Part shown: one piece after another, positions 1 to 8,918 of the stretch
How the letters are laid out: each line of letters starts with the position of its first letter
Position numbering within the stretch: position 1 is the stretch's first letter
IMG/VR virus record: IMGVR_UViG_3300032335_001026
Coordinates: 1 to 53,984 of that record
Strand: one strand, 5' to 3'
Length of the DNA stretch: 53,984 nucleotides
Source: a virus
Lineage: Duplodnaviria > Caudoviricetes
Program-made: the position numbers and the translations under genes
The notes under the pieces: model-generated
The model's database searches: none
The model's input: only the letters and a program-made list of their open reading frames with translations
What the model was told of the DNA's origin: nothing

Positions 1-1
1 C

Positions 2-88
2 ACGGATGTCCCGGATACCTTTTCTAGAGTTCCTATGTGGCAGTGGCTTCAAGGCATGAACTCTCTATACCCCGAGGAGGACGACTGA
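2..88 (+). CDS. 3' end of a partial upstream ORF (...PMWQWLQGMNSLYPEEDD*)
   Basis: Open frame from nt 2 whose TGA overlaps the ATG at 88 (TGATG coupling); contains the GAGGAGG RBS. Confidence 0.5.
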   Translation, partial: TDVPDTFSRVPMWQWLQGMNSLYPEEDD

Positions 89-116
89 TGGCGCACGCAA
101 AGCTCAGCCCGTCGGG
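85..116 (+). repeat. 32-bp direct repeat shared with the window end (53953-53984)
   Basis: ctgatggc[g/a]cacgcaaagctcagcccgtcggg, one synonymous mismatch. Confidence 0.95.
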
Positions 117-1266
117 AGCGCATCGCTGGATGCGCTGCCCCGGCAGCGTCGCTCTCGAGGCGGCATTCCCCGACCAGAGCAGCTCCTACGCCGCCGAGGG
201 CACGCTGGCGCACACGCTCGCCAGTGAGTACCTCGACGGCACCGGGGACAACCCGTTCATGCGCGTCGGCGAGCAGCACGAGGTGGATGGGTTCATCTTC
301 ACCGTTGACCAAACCATGGCCGCTTACGTGATGGACTACGTCCGCCTCGTCCGCGAGTACGCCGGGGACAGCCTGCTGCTCGTCGAGCAGCGCGTGCCGA
401 TCGGTCAGATCACCGGAGAGCAGGGTGCCACCGGCACCAGCGACGCCATCGCGGTGGACATCGCCAACCGCGTGCTGTTCGTGATCGATCTCAAATATGG
501 TATGGGCGTCCGCGTCGATGCGGCCGACAACCCCCAGCTCATGTTGTACGCTCTGGGCGCGCTGGAGCAGTGCGACCAGCTCGGCGAGTTCGACGATGTC
601 TGCATGGTCATCCATCAGCCGCGTCTCAACCACGTCTCCGAGCACTGGCTGCCGGTCGCCGACTTGCTGGCCTTTGCCAACGACGTGCGCCTCGCAGCAA
701 TGAAGACCCGTGGGTACGATGTGCCTCCCCTCGTTCCCGGCGAGAAGCAGTGCAGGTTCTGCAAGGCCAAGGCGACGTGCCCGGCCCTCGCCGCCGATGT
801 GGCCGAGATCGTCAGCGGATCCGCCACCCTCGACGATTTCATCACGCCGGACGCGACGATGGGCGACAACTACCTGTCCGTGGCCATGTCCAAGGTGGAG
901 CTGGTCGAGCACTGGTGCAAGGCCGTCCGCGCCGAGGTCGAGCGTCGCCTGCTGGCAGGTCAGTCGGTGGACGGGTACAAGCTCGTCGAGGGCAAGCGCG
1001 GCAACCGCAAGTGGAGCAACGACGCCGAGGTCGAGGCCCTGTTCAAGTCCTTCCGCCTGCGGCAGGACGAGATGTACGACTACAGCCTCATCTCGCCGAC
1101 CAAGGCGGAGAAGCTGCTCAAAGACACCCCGAAGCGCTGGGAGCGGGCTCAGGCCCTGATCTCCCGCGCCGAGGGCAAGCCATCTGTGGCACCCGCCACG
1201 GATAAGCGGCCGGCACTGGCCGTTCAATCGGTCGCGGACGACTTCCGCGACCTAACTGCAAACTGA
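88..1266 (+). CDS. DUF2800-type Cas4-like PD-(D/E)XK exonuclease
   Basis: HAKLSPSGAHRW..CPGS, EGTLAH, GTSD...DLKYG, QLMLYALG, CRFCKAKATCP; first gene of a nuclease-SSB-PolA module. Confidence 0.9.
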   Translation: MAHAKLSPSGAHRWMRCPGSVALEAAFPDQSSSYAAEGTLAHTLASEYLDGTGDNPFMRVGEQHEVDGFIFTVDQTMAAYVMDYVRLVREYAGDSLLLVEQRVPIGQITGEQGATGTSDAIAVDIANRVLFVIDLKYGMGVRVDAADNPQLMLYALGALEQCDQLGEFDDVCMVIHQPRLNHVSEHWLPVADLLAFANDVRLAAMKTRGYDVPPLVPGEKQCRFCKAKATCPALAADVAEIVSGSATLDDFITPDATMGDNYLSVAMSKVELVEHWCKAVRAEVERRLLAGQSVDGYKLVEGKRGNRKWSNDAEVEALFKSFRLRQDEMYDYSLISPTKAEKLLKDTPKRWERAQALISRAEGKPSVAPATDKRPALAVQSVADDFRDLTAN

Positions 1267-1277
1267 AAGTGGATCAA

Positions 1278-1862
1278 ATGGCAACACGTATCATGCTCAA
1301 GAACATCGTTCTGGCCTTCCCGGCGCTGGCCGAGCCCCAGTCCTTCGGTGAAGGTGAACCGGCCTACGGCGCGAAATTCCCGATCAAGCCGGGCAGCGAA
1401 CAGCACAAGGCCCTCGAGGCCGCCATCCTTGCCGAGGCCACCGAGGCGTGGAAGGACAAGGCCGTCAGCGTTCTGAAGATGCTGGAAGAGGACGGCAAGG
1501 TCGCCTTCACCAAGAAGGTGTACCGCTCGAAGAAGACCGGCGAGGCCTATCAGGGCTTCGAGGGCATGCACTACCTATCGACCCGCAACGCCAAGACCCA
1601 GCCGACCGTCTTCAACCAGTATGGCGAAGAGATCACGGCCAAGGGTGAGATCGAGCGGCAGGCCTTCAGCGGTGCCGTCGTCAACGCCTCCGTCGAGGTG
1701 TGGGCGCAGGACAACAAGTGGGGCCGGCGCATCAACTGCTCCCTGCGCGGCGTCATGCTGACCGGCGAGGGTGAGAACTTTGGCGGTGGCTCCGCCCCGG
1801 CATCGGCCGACGAGTTTGCCTCGCTGGCCAAGGCCGCTCCCGACGCGGCTGACTTCCTGTGA
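1278..1862 (+). CDS. ssDNA-binding protein (DUF2815 / T7 gp2.5-like)
   Basis: LAFPAL, WAQDNKWGRRINCSLRGV...GENFGG, acidic/aromatic C-terminus; position in module. Confidence 0.85.
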   Translation: MATRIMLKNIVLAFPALAEPQSFGEGEPAYGAKFPIKPGSEQHKALEAAILAEATEAWKDKAVSVLKMLEEDGKVAFTKKVYRSKKTGEAYQGFEGMHYLSTRNAKTQPTVFNQYGEEITAKGEIERQAFSGAVVNASVEVWAQDNKWGRRINCSLRGVMLTGEGENFGGGSAPASADEFASLAKAAPDAADFL

Positions 1863-2113
1863 GCGGCGAGGGACACAACAGCGCAGGCGAGGATCTGCGC
1901 CTCCTGATCAAGCGCATCGAGACGCTTGAGGAGGAGAAGAAGGGTATCGCGGACGACATCAAGGACATCTACGCCGAGGCCAAGGCCCGTGGGTATGATG
2001 CCAAGATCCTCCGCCAGATCGTCCGCATCTGCAAGATGGCCAAGGACGATAGGAACGAGCACTTCGCCCTGCTCGACACATACGCCAAGGCCCTTGGCAT
2101 GGATCTCCTGTAG
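1859..2113 (+). CDS. gapR: GapR-like (DUF2312/UPF0335) DNA-binding protein
   Basis: LRLLIKRIETLEEEKKGIADDIKDIYAEAKARGYDAKILRQIVRI...LLDTYAKALGM matches the family signature. Confidence 0.9.
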   Translation: MSGEGHNSAGEDLRLLIKRIETLEEEKKGIADDIKDIYAEAKARGYDAKILRQIVRICKMAKDDRNEHFALLDTYAKALGMDLL

Positions 2114-2117
2114 GTCT

Positions 2118-2253
2118 ATACAGACGGCGCGCCTGCCCTGTTCCCCATTGCGGGGCAGGCGCGCCTCTGTTCTGGTGAGCCGCGCGTGGGTGCGGGTCTC
2201 CCTCCTGCGTTGCTGATAACCGAAGCGCGCGGCTCTCCCGAACAGAGGATGCC
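2118..2253 (+). ncRNA. Structured intergenic RNA / polA leader with an antisense loop
   Basis: Stems 2126-2138/2153-2165, 2177-2186/2226-2235 and 2164-2172/2240-2248; loop 2191-2218 complementary to early-gene leaders. Confidence 0.6.
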
Positions 2254-4218
2254 ATGAGCACACTGTACCTCGATACGGAAACCTTCTGCGAAACCAAGAT
2301 CACACACGGCGCGTACCGCTATGCGGAGGACGCCGAGGTGATGCTGGTGGCGTGGGCGTGGGACGGCGAGCCCGTTGAGGTCTGGGACACGCAGGACATG
2401 CCGCACTGGCGTGATGCGCTCCAGATGATGATCGACACCGCCGATCGCGTCGTTATCCATAACAGCAACTTCGACCGCACCGTCCTGCGCGAGCAGGGCG
2501 TCCACATCCCCGTGGAGAAGGTCATCGACACGATGGTGCTGGCCCTGCAGCACAGCCTGCCCGGCTCTCTGGGCCAGCTCTGCGACGTGCTGAACGTGCC
2601 GCAGGACAAAGCCAAAGACAAGGCGGGCAAGAAGCTGATACACCTGTTGACGAAGCCGAGGCCCAGCAACGTCCGGCTCAGGAGAGCCACCCGTGACACA
2701 CATCCCGCCGAGTGGGACGCCTTCGTCGAATATGCCCGGCTCGATGTGGACGCAATGCGAAGCGTACATGGGCGACTGCCAGCATGGAACGATAGTCCTG
2801 ATGAGCGGCACCTGTGGCTCTGTGACCAAAGAATTAATGACCGTGGTGTCGCCGTTGATCGAGAGTTCGCGAGATCAGCTCTACGAGCTTTCGATCGAGC
2901 TGGGCGATCTCTGGCCACTCGTGCAGCCGATCTGACCGGCGGCAGCGTCACGTCCACCACGCAGCGCCAGCGCCTGCTCGACCACCTCAAAGACGCCCAC
3001 GGCTTCGAGACCGAGGATTTGACGCGCGCCACGCTCGGCAACCTGCTCGACGGCGACCTCGACCCGCAGGTGCGCGAGCTGCTGGAGATCCGCCAGCAGG
3101 CGGCCGCGACGAGCCCGGCCAAGTACAAGGTGCTGCTCAACGCCACGAACCGCGACGGCCGCCTGCGCGGCCTGATCCAGTTCTGCGGCGCGGCGCGCAC
3201 CGGCCGCGACGCCGGCCGACTGTTCCAGCCGCAGAACCTGCCGCGATCGCCCGACTGGTTCGACGATGACGTGCAGGCGACCACCGTGGCCGCCATGAAG
3301 GCCGACTGCGAGCATCTGATCTGGGACAACGTCAGCGAGCGCTGCGCGTTCGCCGTGCGCGGGGCGCTGGTCGCCGCGCCCGGCACCAAGCTGGTCATCG
3401 CCGACCTGTCGAACATTGAGGGGCGCGTGCTGGCGTGGCTGGCCGGCGAGGACTGGAAGGTCGCCGCGTTCAAGGCCTACGACCGGGGCGAGGGGCACGA
3501 CCTGTACAAGGTCACCGCCGGCCGCATCCTCGGCAAAGATCCGGGCGACATCACCAAGGCCGAGCGGCAGTTGCAGGGCAAGGTGCCCGAGTTGGCTGGG
3601 GGCTATCAGGGCGGTGTCGGCGCATACCGCAAGATGGGCGGCCCGGTCTTCAACGCCATGACCGACGAGGCGATCCAAGAGATCGTCTCGGCGTGGCGCA
3701 AGGCCCACCCGCGCACGCGCAACCTGTGGTACGACATGGAGGCGGCCGCGCGGTCAGCCATCAACAATCTGGGCGAGAGCTTCGCCGTGCGCGACCTGAT
3801 CACGTTCGACGTGAAGCCGGACGGGCAAGGCATCGCGTGGCTGCGAATGAAGCTGCCGAGCGGCCGCTACCTGTGCTACCCGCACCCGGAGGTATCCGAC
3901 AGCGGCAGCCTGTCCTACGAGGGCATGAACCAGTACACCCGCAAGTGGGAGCGCCTCGACACCTACGGCGGCAAGCTGGTCGAGAACGCCGTGCAGGCCA
4001 TCGCCCGCGACGTGTTCATGTCCGGCATGCTGCGCGCCGAGGAGGCTGGCTACAGCGTCTGCATCCGCGTGCACGACGAGCTGGTCTGCGAGACGCCGGA
4101 TGAGCCGGCGTACAGCAGCGAGGGGTTGGCGGCGATCATGTCCACCAACCCGAGCTGGTCGGCCGGCCTGCCGCTGGCGGCGGCGGGGTTTACAAGCTAT
4201 AGGTACCGCAAGGACTGA
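2254..4218 (+). CDS. polA: Family A DNA polymerase with 3'-5' exonuclease
   Basis: LDTET, HNSNFDR, YARLDV exonuclease motifs; ADLSNIEGRV (motif A), R..GKVPELAGGY (motif B), RVHDE (motif C). Confidence 0.95.
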   Translation: MSTLYLDTETFCETKITHGAYRYAEDAEVMLVAWAWDGEPVEVWDTQDMPHWRDALQMMIDTADRVVIHNSNFDRTVLREQGVHIPVEKVIDTMVLALQHSLPGSLGQLCDVLNVPQDKAKDKAGKKLIHLLTKPRPSNVRLRRATRDTHPAEWDAFVEYARLDVDAMRSVHGRLPAWNDSPDERHLWLCDQRINDRGVAVDREFARSALRAFDRAGRSLATRAADLTGGSVTSTTQRQRLLDHLKDAHGFETEDLTRATLGNLLDGDLDPQVRELLEIRQQAAATSPAKYKVLLNATNRDGRLRGLIQFCGAARTGRDAGRLFQPQNLPRSPDWFDDDVQATTVAAMKADCEHLIWDNVSERCAFAVRGALVAAPGTKLVIADLSNIEGRVLAWLAGEDWKVAAFKAYDRGEGHDLYKVTAGRILGKDPGDITKAERQLQGKVPELAGGYQGGVGAYRKMGGPVFNAMTDEAIQEIVSAWRKAHPRTRNLWYDMEAAARSAINNLGESFAVRDLITFDVKPDGQGIAWLRMKLPSGRYLCYPHPEVSDSGSLSYEGMNQYTRKWERLDTYGGKLVENAVQAIARDVFMSGMLRAEEAGYSVCIRVHDELVCETPDEPAYSSEGLAAIMSTNPSWSAGLPLAAAGFTSYRYRKD

Positions 4219-4221
4219 GGC

Positions 4222-4758
4222 ATGAACACCGGCAGCGCATCTCTACCACACCACCAGTACGTTTGGGTCGATCAGTCGTTCATCCGCGAGGGCGGTGAGG
4301 GATTTGAGCCCGCCGTTTGGTTCGGCCTGCACAGTTATCCGGGCCGCGCGTGGGCCTGCCACGTGATGCTGGAGTGCGGTGCCGTGTATCGCGGCCTGCC
4401 GCCCCACGCGCTGGCCTTCAACGCCGACCCTGACGACTGGAAGCTGCCGCAGGCCGAGTTGTGGGACTGCTACGGCCGAGACTTCTCGCTGTTGATCTAC
4501 ACGTATCTCGACGGGCTGCAGGCGGTCACCACGGACGGCATCCTGTGCGACTACCTCTTCACGGCGGTGCCGATCGGGGACGCGTACAGCGCACACCCGT
4601 CGCAGAGCAAGGAGTTCATGTTCATGCGGACGGCCGGCGGCCGCTTGGTGATCCTGCCGACCAACAAGCTGCGCTTCATCGACAAGAGCTTCACCGCCGA
4701 GGGCGAGCGTGCGAGGCTGAAGCTGTCCGACACGGTGTGGAGCTGCGAGGAGCAGTGA
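4222..4758 (+). CDS. Conserved phage hypothetical protein
   Basis: Coupled ORF with RBS; GAVYRGLP, LWDC, YLFT, PTNK motifs. Confidence 0.75.
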   Translation: MNTGSASLPHHQYVWVDQSFIREGGEGFEPAVWFGLHSYPGRAWACHVMLECGAVYRGLPPHALAFNADPDDWKLPQAELWDCYGRDFSLLIYTYLDGLQAVTTDGILCDYLFTAVPIGDAYSAHPSQSKEFMFMRTAGGRLVILPTNKLRFIDKSFTAEGERARLKLSDTVWSCEEQ

Positions 4759-5048
4759 CACCCGCCGGCAAGCTGCAGGAGCACCTGAAGCAGAAGGTGC
4801 AGAAGAGCGGCGGCCAGTACCGCAAGGTGCGCTGGGAGGGACGCAGTGGCTGCCCTGACTGCTACATCTGGTGGACGTGGCCGCGCGCCGCCTTCGTCGA
4901 GATCAAGGTCGACGGCGACCGTCTCAGCGGCCACCAGCAGCGCGAGATCGAGCGCATGCGCGGCGACGGCATGCCAGTGTTCATTGCGCGGTCGATCGAG
5001 GACATCGACGAGATCGTAAAAAAAGTTCGGGAGGGGGTTGAAACCTAG
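4755..5048 (+). CDS. VRR-NUC nuclease
   Basis: GTG start; GRSGCPD...FVEIK...LSGHQQRE. Confidence 0.85.
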   Translation: MTPAGKLQEHLKQKVQKSGGQYRKVRWEGRSGCPDCYIWWTWPRAAFVEIKVDGDRLSGHQQREIERMRGDGMPVFIARSIEDIDEIVKKVREGVET

Positions 5049-5091
5049 CGTTGCACGTGCCACTAAGGTGCATCAGCAACGGAGACCGACC
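5034..5091 (+). promoter_or_regulatory. Early promoter/operator repeat copy
   Basis: TGAAAC-N5-GTTGCA, TGC, CATCAGCAACGGAGAC RBS. Confidence 0.7.
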
Positions 5092-5253
5092 ATGAAAACC
5101 CTCGGACAACTCGCCTACGAAGAAGACGTTCGCCGCAAGCCGAACTATCTCCCGCGCGTGGACGGCACCGTGCTGCCGCGCCTGCCATGGGAGCAGCTTG
5201 GCGCGATGGAGAAGTGGTCGTGGGAGAAAGATCCTACGCCGAGGAAGTGGTGA
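5092..5253 (+). CDS. Small hypothetical protein
   Basis: ATG after GGAGA RBS, directly behind a promoter repeat. Confidence 0.7.
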   Translation: MKTLGQLAYEEDVRRKPNYLPRVDGTVLPRLPWEQLGAMEKWSWEKDPTPRKW

Positions 5254-5284
5254 GGAAGGGGCTGGTAACTCAGGAGCAAACGAC

Positions 5285-5464
5285 ATGACCATCCGCAAAA
5301 ACTACAAAGACCGGACGACCATTTTCGAGTGCGATATCTGCGGGGACGAGTACGAGGCCGAGGGCCTCGATTTCTACGACGCGTACGAAGAGTATAAGAA
5401 CAACGGCGGGATTGCTCGTCTCGAAGGCGGAGACTGGGAACACCATTGCGAAAGCTGCCGGTGA
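5285..5464 (+). CDS. Small zinc-finger protein
   Basis: CDIC...HCESC; AGGAG RBS. Confidence 0.7.
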   Translation: MTIRKNYKDRTTIFECDICGDEYEAEGLDFYDAYEEYKNNGGIARLEGGDWEHHCESCR

Positions 5465-6819
5465 CCTTCAAGCCGCACGCCTATCAGGCCGACATCATCG
5501 ACTTCATTTGCGAAAATCGGCGGTGCGGGGTCTGGGCCAGCATGGGGTCGGGAAAAACTGTTTCCACCCTGACGGCGCTGGAGGCGCTCTCCGTGGTCGA
5601 GGACGTGTACCCGGTGCTGGTGCTGGCACCGCTGCGCGTCGCGCGATCGACGTGGACGGACGAGGTCAAGAAGTGGCCGCATCTCGCGCACCTGCGCGTC
5701 AGCGTCATCACCGGCACGCCTAAGCAGCGTCAAGCGGCGCTGGACACGCCGGCCGACATCTACACGACCAACTTCGACAACCTCGTCTGGCTGCGCGAGA
5801 CGCTCGGCGACGCGTGGCCGTTCCGCACCGTGGTCGCCGACGAGTTCACCCGGCTGAAGAGCTTCAGGCTGCGTCAGGGCGGCTCACGGGCGCGTGCGCT
5901 GGGTCAGGTGGCCCACACGCACGTCACGCGCTTCATCGGCCTGACAGGCACCCCTGCGCCCAATGGCGTGAAGGATCTCTGGGGGCAGGTCTGGTTCCTC
6001 GACAAGGGCGAGCGGTTGGGGCGCACGTTCAGCGCCTTCACCGAACGCTGGTTCCACAAGGGGTACGACGGCTACAGCCTCGTGCCCTTCGACCACACGC
6101 AGGCGGAAGTGCAGGAGCGGCTCAAGGACATCTGCCTGACCGTGCGCGGCCTGCCGGTCGATGAGCCCATCACCACGCCGCTCTACGTTGATCTGCCGCC
6201 TGCGGCGCGCCGCGCGTACAACGAGATGGAGACGGAGATGTATGCCGTCATCGGCGCAGAGGGCGTGGAGGCGGCCAACGCGGCGGTGCGGACGCAGAAG
6301 TGCCTGCAGCTCGCCAACGGCGCGCTGTATACCGACGAGAACGGCAATTGGGAGGCGGTGCATGATGCCAAGCTGGAGGCGCTGGACAGCGTCATCGAGG
6401 AGGCCAACGGCGCGCCCGTCTTGGTGGCCTACAATTTCAAACACGACTTGGCCCGGCTACGCAAGCGCTACCCTAGAGGCCGGGTGCTGGACGCTGACCC
6501 TGATACGATCAAACAGTGGAACAGGGGGGAAATCGAACTACTTTTCGCTCACCCTGCATCGGCGGGCCATGGCATCTCGCTCCAGTACGGGGGCAACATA
6601 ATCACGTTTTTTGGCGTAAATTGGAATCTCGAGGAGCACATGCAGATCATCGAGCGCATCGGCCCGATGCGCCAGAAGCAGGCCGGGTATGATCGGCCGG
6701 TGTTCGTCTACCCGATCCTCGCCCGCGACACGGTCGATGACCTCGTCATGGATCGTCTCACGTCGAAGAAGAGCGTGCAGGAAATTTTATTGGAATCGAT
6801 GAAGCGGAGGAAGAAATGA
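5461..6819 (+). CDS. SNF2-family (SF2) helicase
   Basis: MGSGKT, DEFT, LTGTP, HPASAGHG, ERIGPMRQ. Confidence 0.9.
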   Translation: MTFKPHAYQADIIDFICENRRCGVWASMGSGKTVSTLTALEALSVVEDVYPVLVLAPLRVARSTWTDEVKKWPHLAHLRVSVITGTPKQRQAALDTPADIYTTNFDNLVWLRETLGDAWPFRTVVADEFTRLKSFRLRQGGSRARALGQVAHTHVTRFIGLTGTPAPNGVKDLWGQVWFLDKGERLGRTFSAFTERWFHKGYDGYSLVPFDHTQAEVQERLKDICLTVRGLPVDEPITTPLYVDLPPAARRAYNEMETEMYAVIGAEGVEAANAAVRTQKCLQLANGALYTDENGNWEAVHDAKLEALDSVIEEANGAPVLVAYNFKHDLARLRKRYPRGRVLDADPDTIKQWNRGEIELLFAHPASAGHGISLQYGGNIITFFGVNWNLEEHMQIIERIGPMRQKQAGYDRPVFVYPILARDTVDDLVMDRLTSKKSVQEILLESMKRRKK

Positions 6820-7199
6820 TACCGGATTACGTTGAACCTTGCGACAACTGCGGCGCTCAGTTCACCATCAAGGGGGGCTATAGCGCCAGCTTTTACGCTC
6901 CGCCCGGGGGGCATCCCGTTGAGATTAACCCGGAGCCGGCCAAGCTGACCGGCGGCAGCAGCGGCTACTACAAGGTGCGCGTCGATCGGCCCACGTCCGG
7001 CGGCGAGCCGTACATGGCCGAGTGCAACGACATCATCGAGGCGCTGTGCATGGAGTATGACGTGGCCAACGCCTTCAAGGCGGCGTGGCGCGTGGCGGCG
7101 CTGCGGCAGGGCCGGGGCAAGCCGGGTCAGGACAGCGCGGTCTACGACGGCGAGAAGATCGTCTTCTTCGGCCAGCGGATCATTGAGAGGGCGAAGTGA
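6816..7199 (+). CDS. DUF3310-like protein with N-terminal CxxC
   Basis: YY...ECNDIIEAL...ANAFKAAWR...KIVFF pattern. Confidence 0.6.
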   Translation: MIPDYVEPCDNCGAQFTIKGGYSASFYAPPGGHPVEINPEPAKLTGGSSGYYKVRVDRPTSGGEPYMAECNDIIEALCMEYDVANAFKAAWRVAALRQGRGKPGQDSAVYDGEKIVFFGQRIIERAK

Positions 7200-7259
7200 C
7201 GCGAAAAATCAACACAGGGAGCTTCGGGGACGCGCATCAGATGCCCATCCCCGAGATGG

Positions 7260-8918
7260 TCACACGCCGTATTTCGCAGCCAGTTCTTCCGTGTCAACCG
7301 AACCGCCCTGCGCCATCAAAGGCATCTCGCCCTTGAGCATTTTTTCCATGACGATGTCGGGGGATACGCCAAGGCGGTCGGCGGTGTATTTTATGCGCGC
7401 CTCAAACGTCTTCAGGAACGGCTCAGCAACAGAGCCGAGGCCCGTGTCTTCGCCGCCGCCGACCCACATCGAGGCTTGATACTGCGCGGGTGACATACCC
7501 ATCTTTTTGGCTTGGTCTTGCTGCCACGCCTCGTAGTAGCCGTACTCGTTGTCTTGGGGGGCCGACGCCCAAAAAGAGGGACGATCCACCGCCTCGTCCA
7601 TCGAGATAGAGCCGGACTCCAGCCAATCTTGCGGGCGATACGTCACCTTTGGCTTTTCGCCACCGAGTTTGCTGGCGAAGGCATCGAGGTCGGCACCCTG
7701 CATGTTCGGGTACTGCGCCATCAAATCGCTGATGATCGTAGCCCTGTCGTTCAATCCGGGTTTGACAAGCTCGTCGATAGAGGTTGCGAGGAAGCGTGGA
7801 TCTCGGCTGATGATACCCGGCAAACGGAAATTGTGCGTATCAATGGTGGAGACCTGCTGGTTGCCTTGCAGGTTGCTGGAAAAACTTGCGGGCTTCGGGT
7901 TCTCAAAGACGTTCCACCCGCCTTGCTGACCGATGTTACGGGCGTGCCTGACGTGGCTTTTCTGCGCGATAGAACCGTACCCCGGCGCTGGTTTGTCGGG
8001 TACTGGAAGGCCATTCTTCAGCAGATAGTTGTAGTACGACGCCATGCGGATGTTGTCTTGCACCTTGGCGCGAGGGCTGGTGGCCGCGACGATGTCCATG
8101 AGGCGCGCGTATTCGCCGGGCGCGTTGGTCGCGCCAACGGAACTGACCAAGCGCCGAAACAACGGATCAGTGTTGTACCACTCCTTGCCACCAAGTTCTG
8201 AGCCGCGATCAACGGTTTCGTTGATGCCCTTCACCACCAGTGGGTCGTTAAGCGCGTCAATGATGCGGGGCGACGGGCCGAGTCGAGGTTGATACCGAGG
8301 GATTTGAAACTGGGGTACATTCGGCACCTGACCGAGCGAACCGTAATCAAACATAGTACCCAGATCAGCCTCGTTGGCGGCCCGCCAATCCGAGAAAGAT
8401 GGCGCGCCTTTTTCCTTTCCCGAGGTAGCGGCAAACACGTCGGCGGCGAGGTCGCGGTTTGTACCAGAGCCCGTTTTCAAATAAGCGGGAGCGCTCGTTG
8501 CCTTCACGGCGAGAGGTGCCTTCGCCGGTGTTTTCGCGGGCGCGGCGGACTTCGCCACCTTCTTCGCGGCCTTGCCTGCGCCCGGAAGCGGCAGCGCGGC
8601 GAGCGCCACGTTGGCCGCCGCCTCGCCGCGCTTGCCCTCGCGGACGGCAAGAGCCGCCTCGTTGCCGACGAACGCGGCACCGGCGGGCGTGAAGTCAAGC
8701 ACCTGCATCAGCTTGTCGGCGTTCCTGCGCCCAACGCGCACCGCCAGTTTGTCCTTGAGTTGATCGCGCAGCGACACATCCCGGGCGCTAATCTCGCCAA
8801 ACTGCTGACCATCGTTGGCTCTGAGAGCCGCAAGTACCGCGCTGGGCGCGGTGTAGTCCACACTGAACTCGCCGCCGCGCTGCGGCGTCACGGCGAAGGG
8901 GGAGTCAGTGCTGCGCAT
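7260..8918 (-). CDS. Putative virion-delivered effector B: shared leader plus HhH-GPD glycosylase-like (DUF7178-like) domain
   Basis: WY..AATSP....N, K..F..NL, TIDTH..R, Y..E...A...G.SPAQYQA.MW; N-terminus paralogous to 8918-10192; C-terminal MAQGG. Confidence 0.65.
   Translation of the reverse strand: MRSTDSPFAVTPQRGGEFSVDYTAPSAVLAALRANDGQQFGEISARDVSLRDQLKDKLAVRVGRRNADKLMQVLDFTPAGAAFVGNEAALAVREGKRGEAAANVALAALPLPGAGKAAKKVAKSAAPAKTPAKAPLAVKATSAPAYLKTGSGTNRDLAADVFAATSGKEKGAPSFSDWRAANEADLGTMFDYGSLGQVPNVPQFQIPRYQPRLGPSPRIIDALNDPLVVKGINETVDRGSELGGKEWYNTDPLFRRLVSSVGATNAPGEYARLMDIVAATSPRAKVQDNIRMASYYNYLLKNGLPVPDKPAPGYGSIAQKSHVRHARNIGQQGGWNVFENPKPASFSSNLQGNQQVSTIDTHNFRLPGIISRDPRFLATSIDELVKPGLNDRATIISDLMAQYPNMQGADLDAFASKLGGEKPKVTYRPQDWLESGSISMDEAVDRPSFWASAPQDNEYGYYEAWQQDQAKKMGMSPAQYQASMWVGGGEDTGLGSVAEPFLKTFEARIKYTADRLGVSPDIVMEKMLKGEMPLMAQGGSVDTEELAAKYGV

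Noticed and set aside
85-116. Terminal 32-bp repeat as attL/attR
   Set aside because: It lies in a phage gene start; no integrase or host genes seen
88-1266. Cas4-like gene as part of a CRISPR-Cas system
   Set aside because: Standard phage replication-module nuclease; no other cas genes or array
2184-2225. A tenth early promoter and gene on the minus strand
   Set aside because: The leader-like sequence lacks the upstream TTGCAA box and a downstream start codon; reinterpreted as an antisense loop
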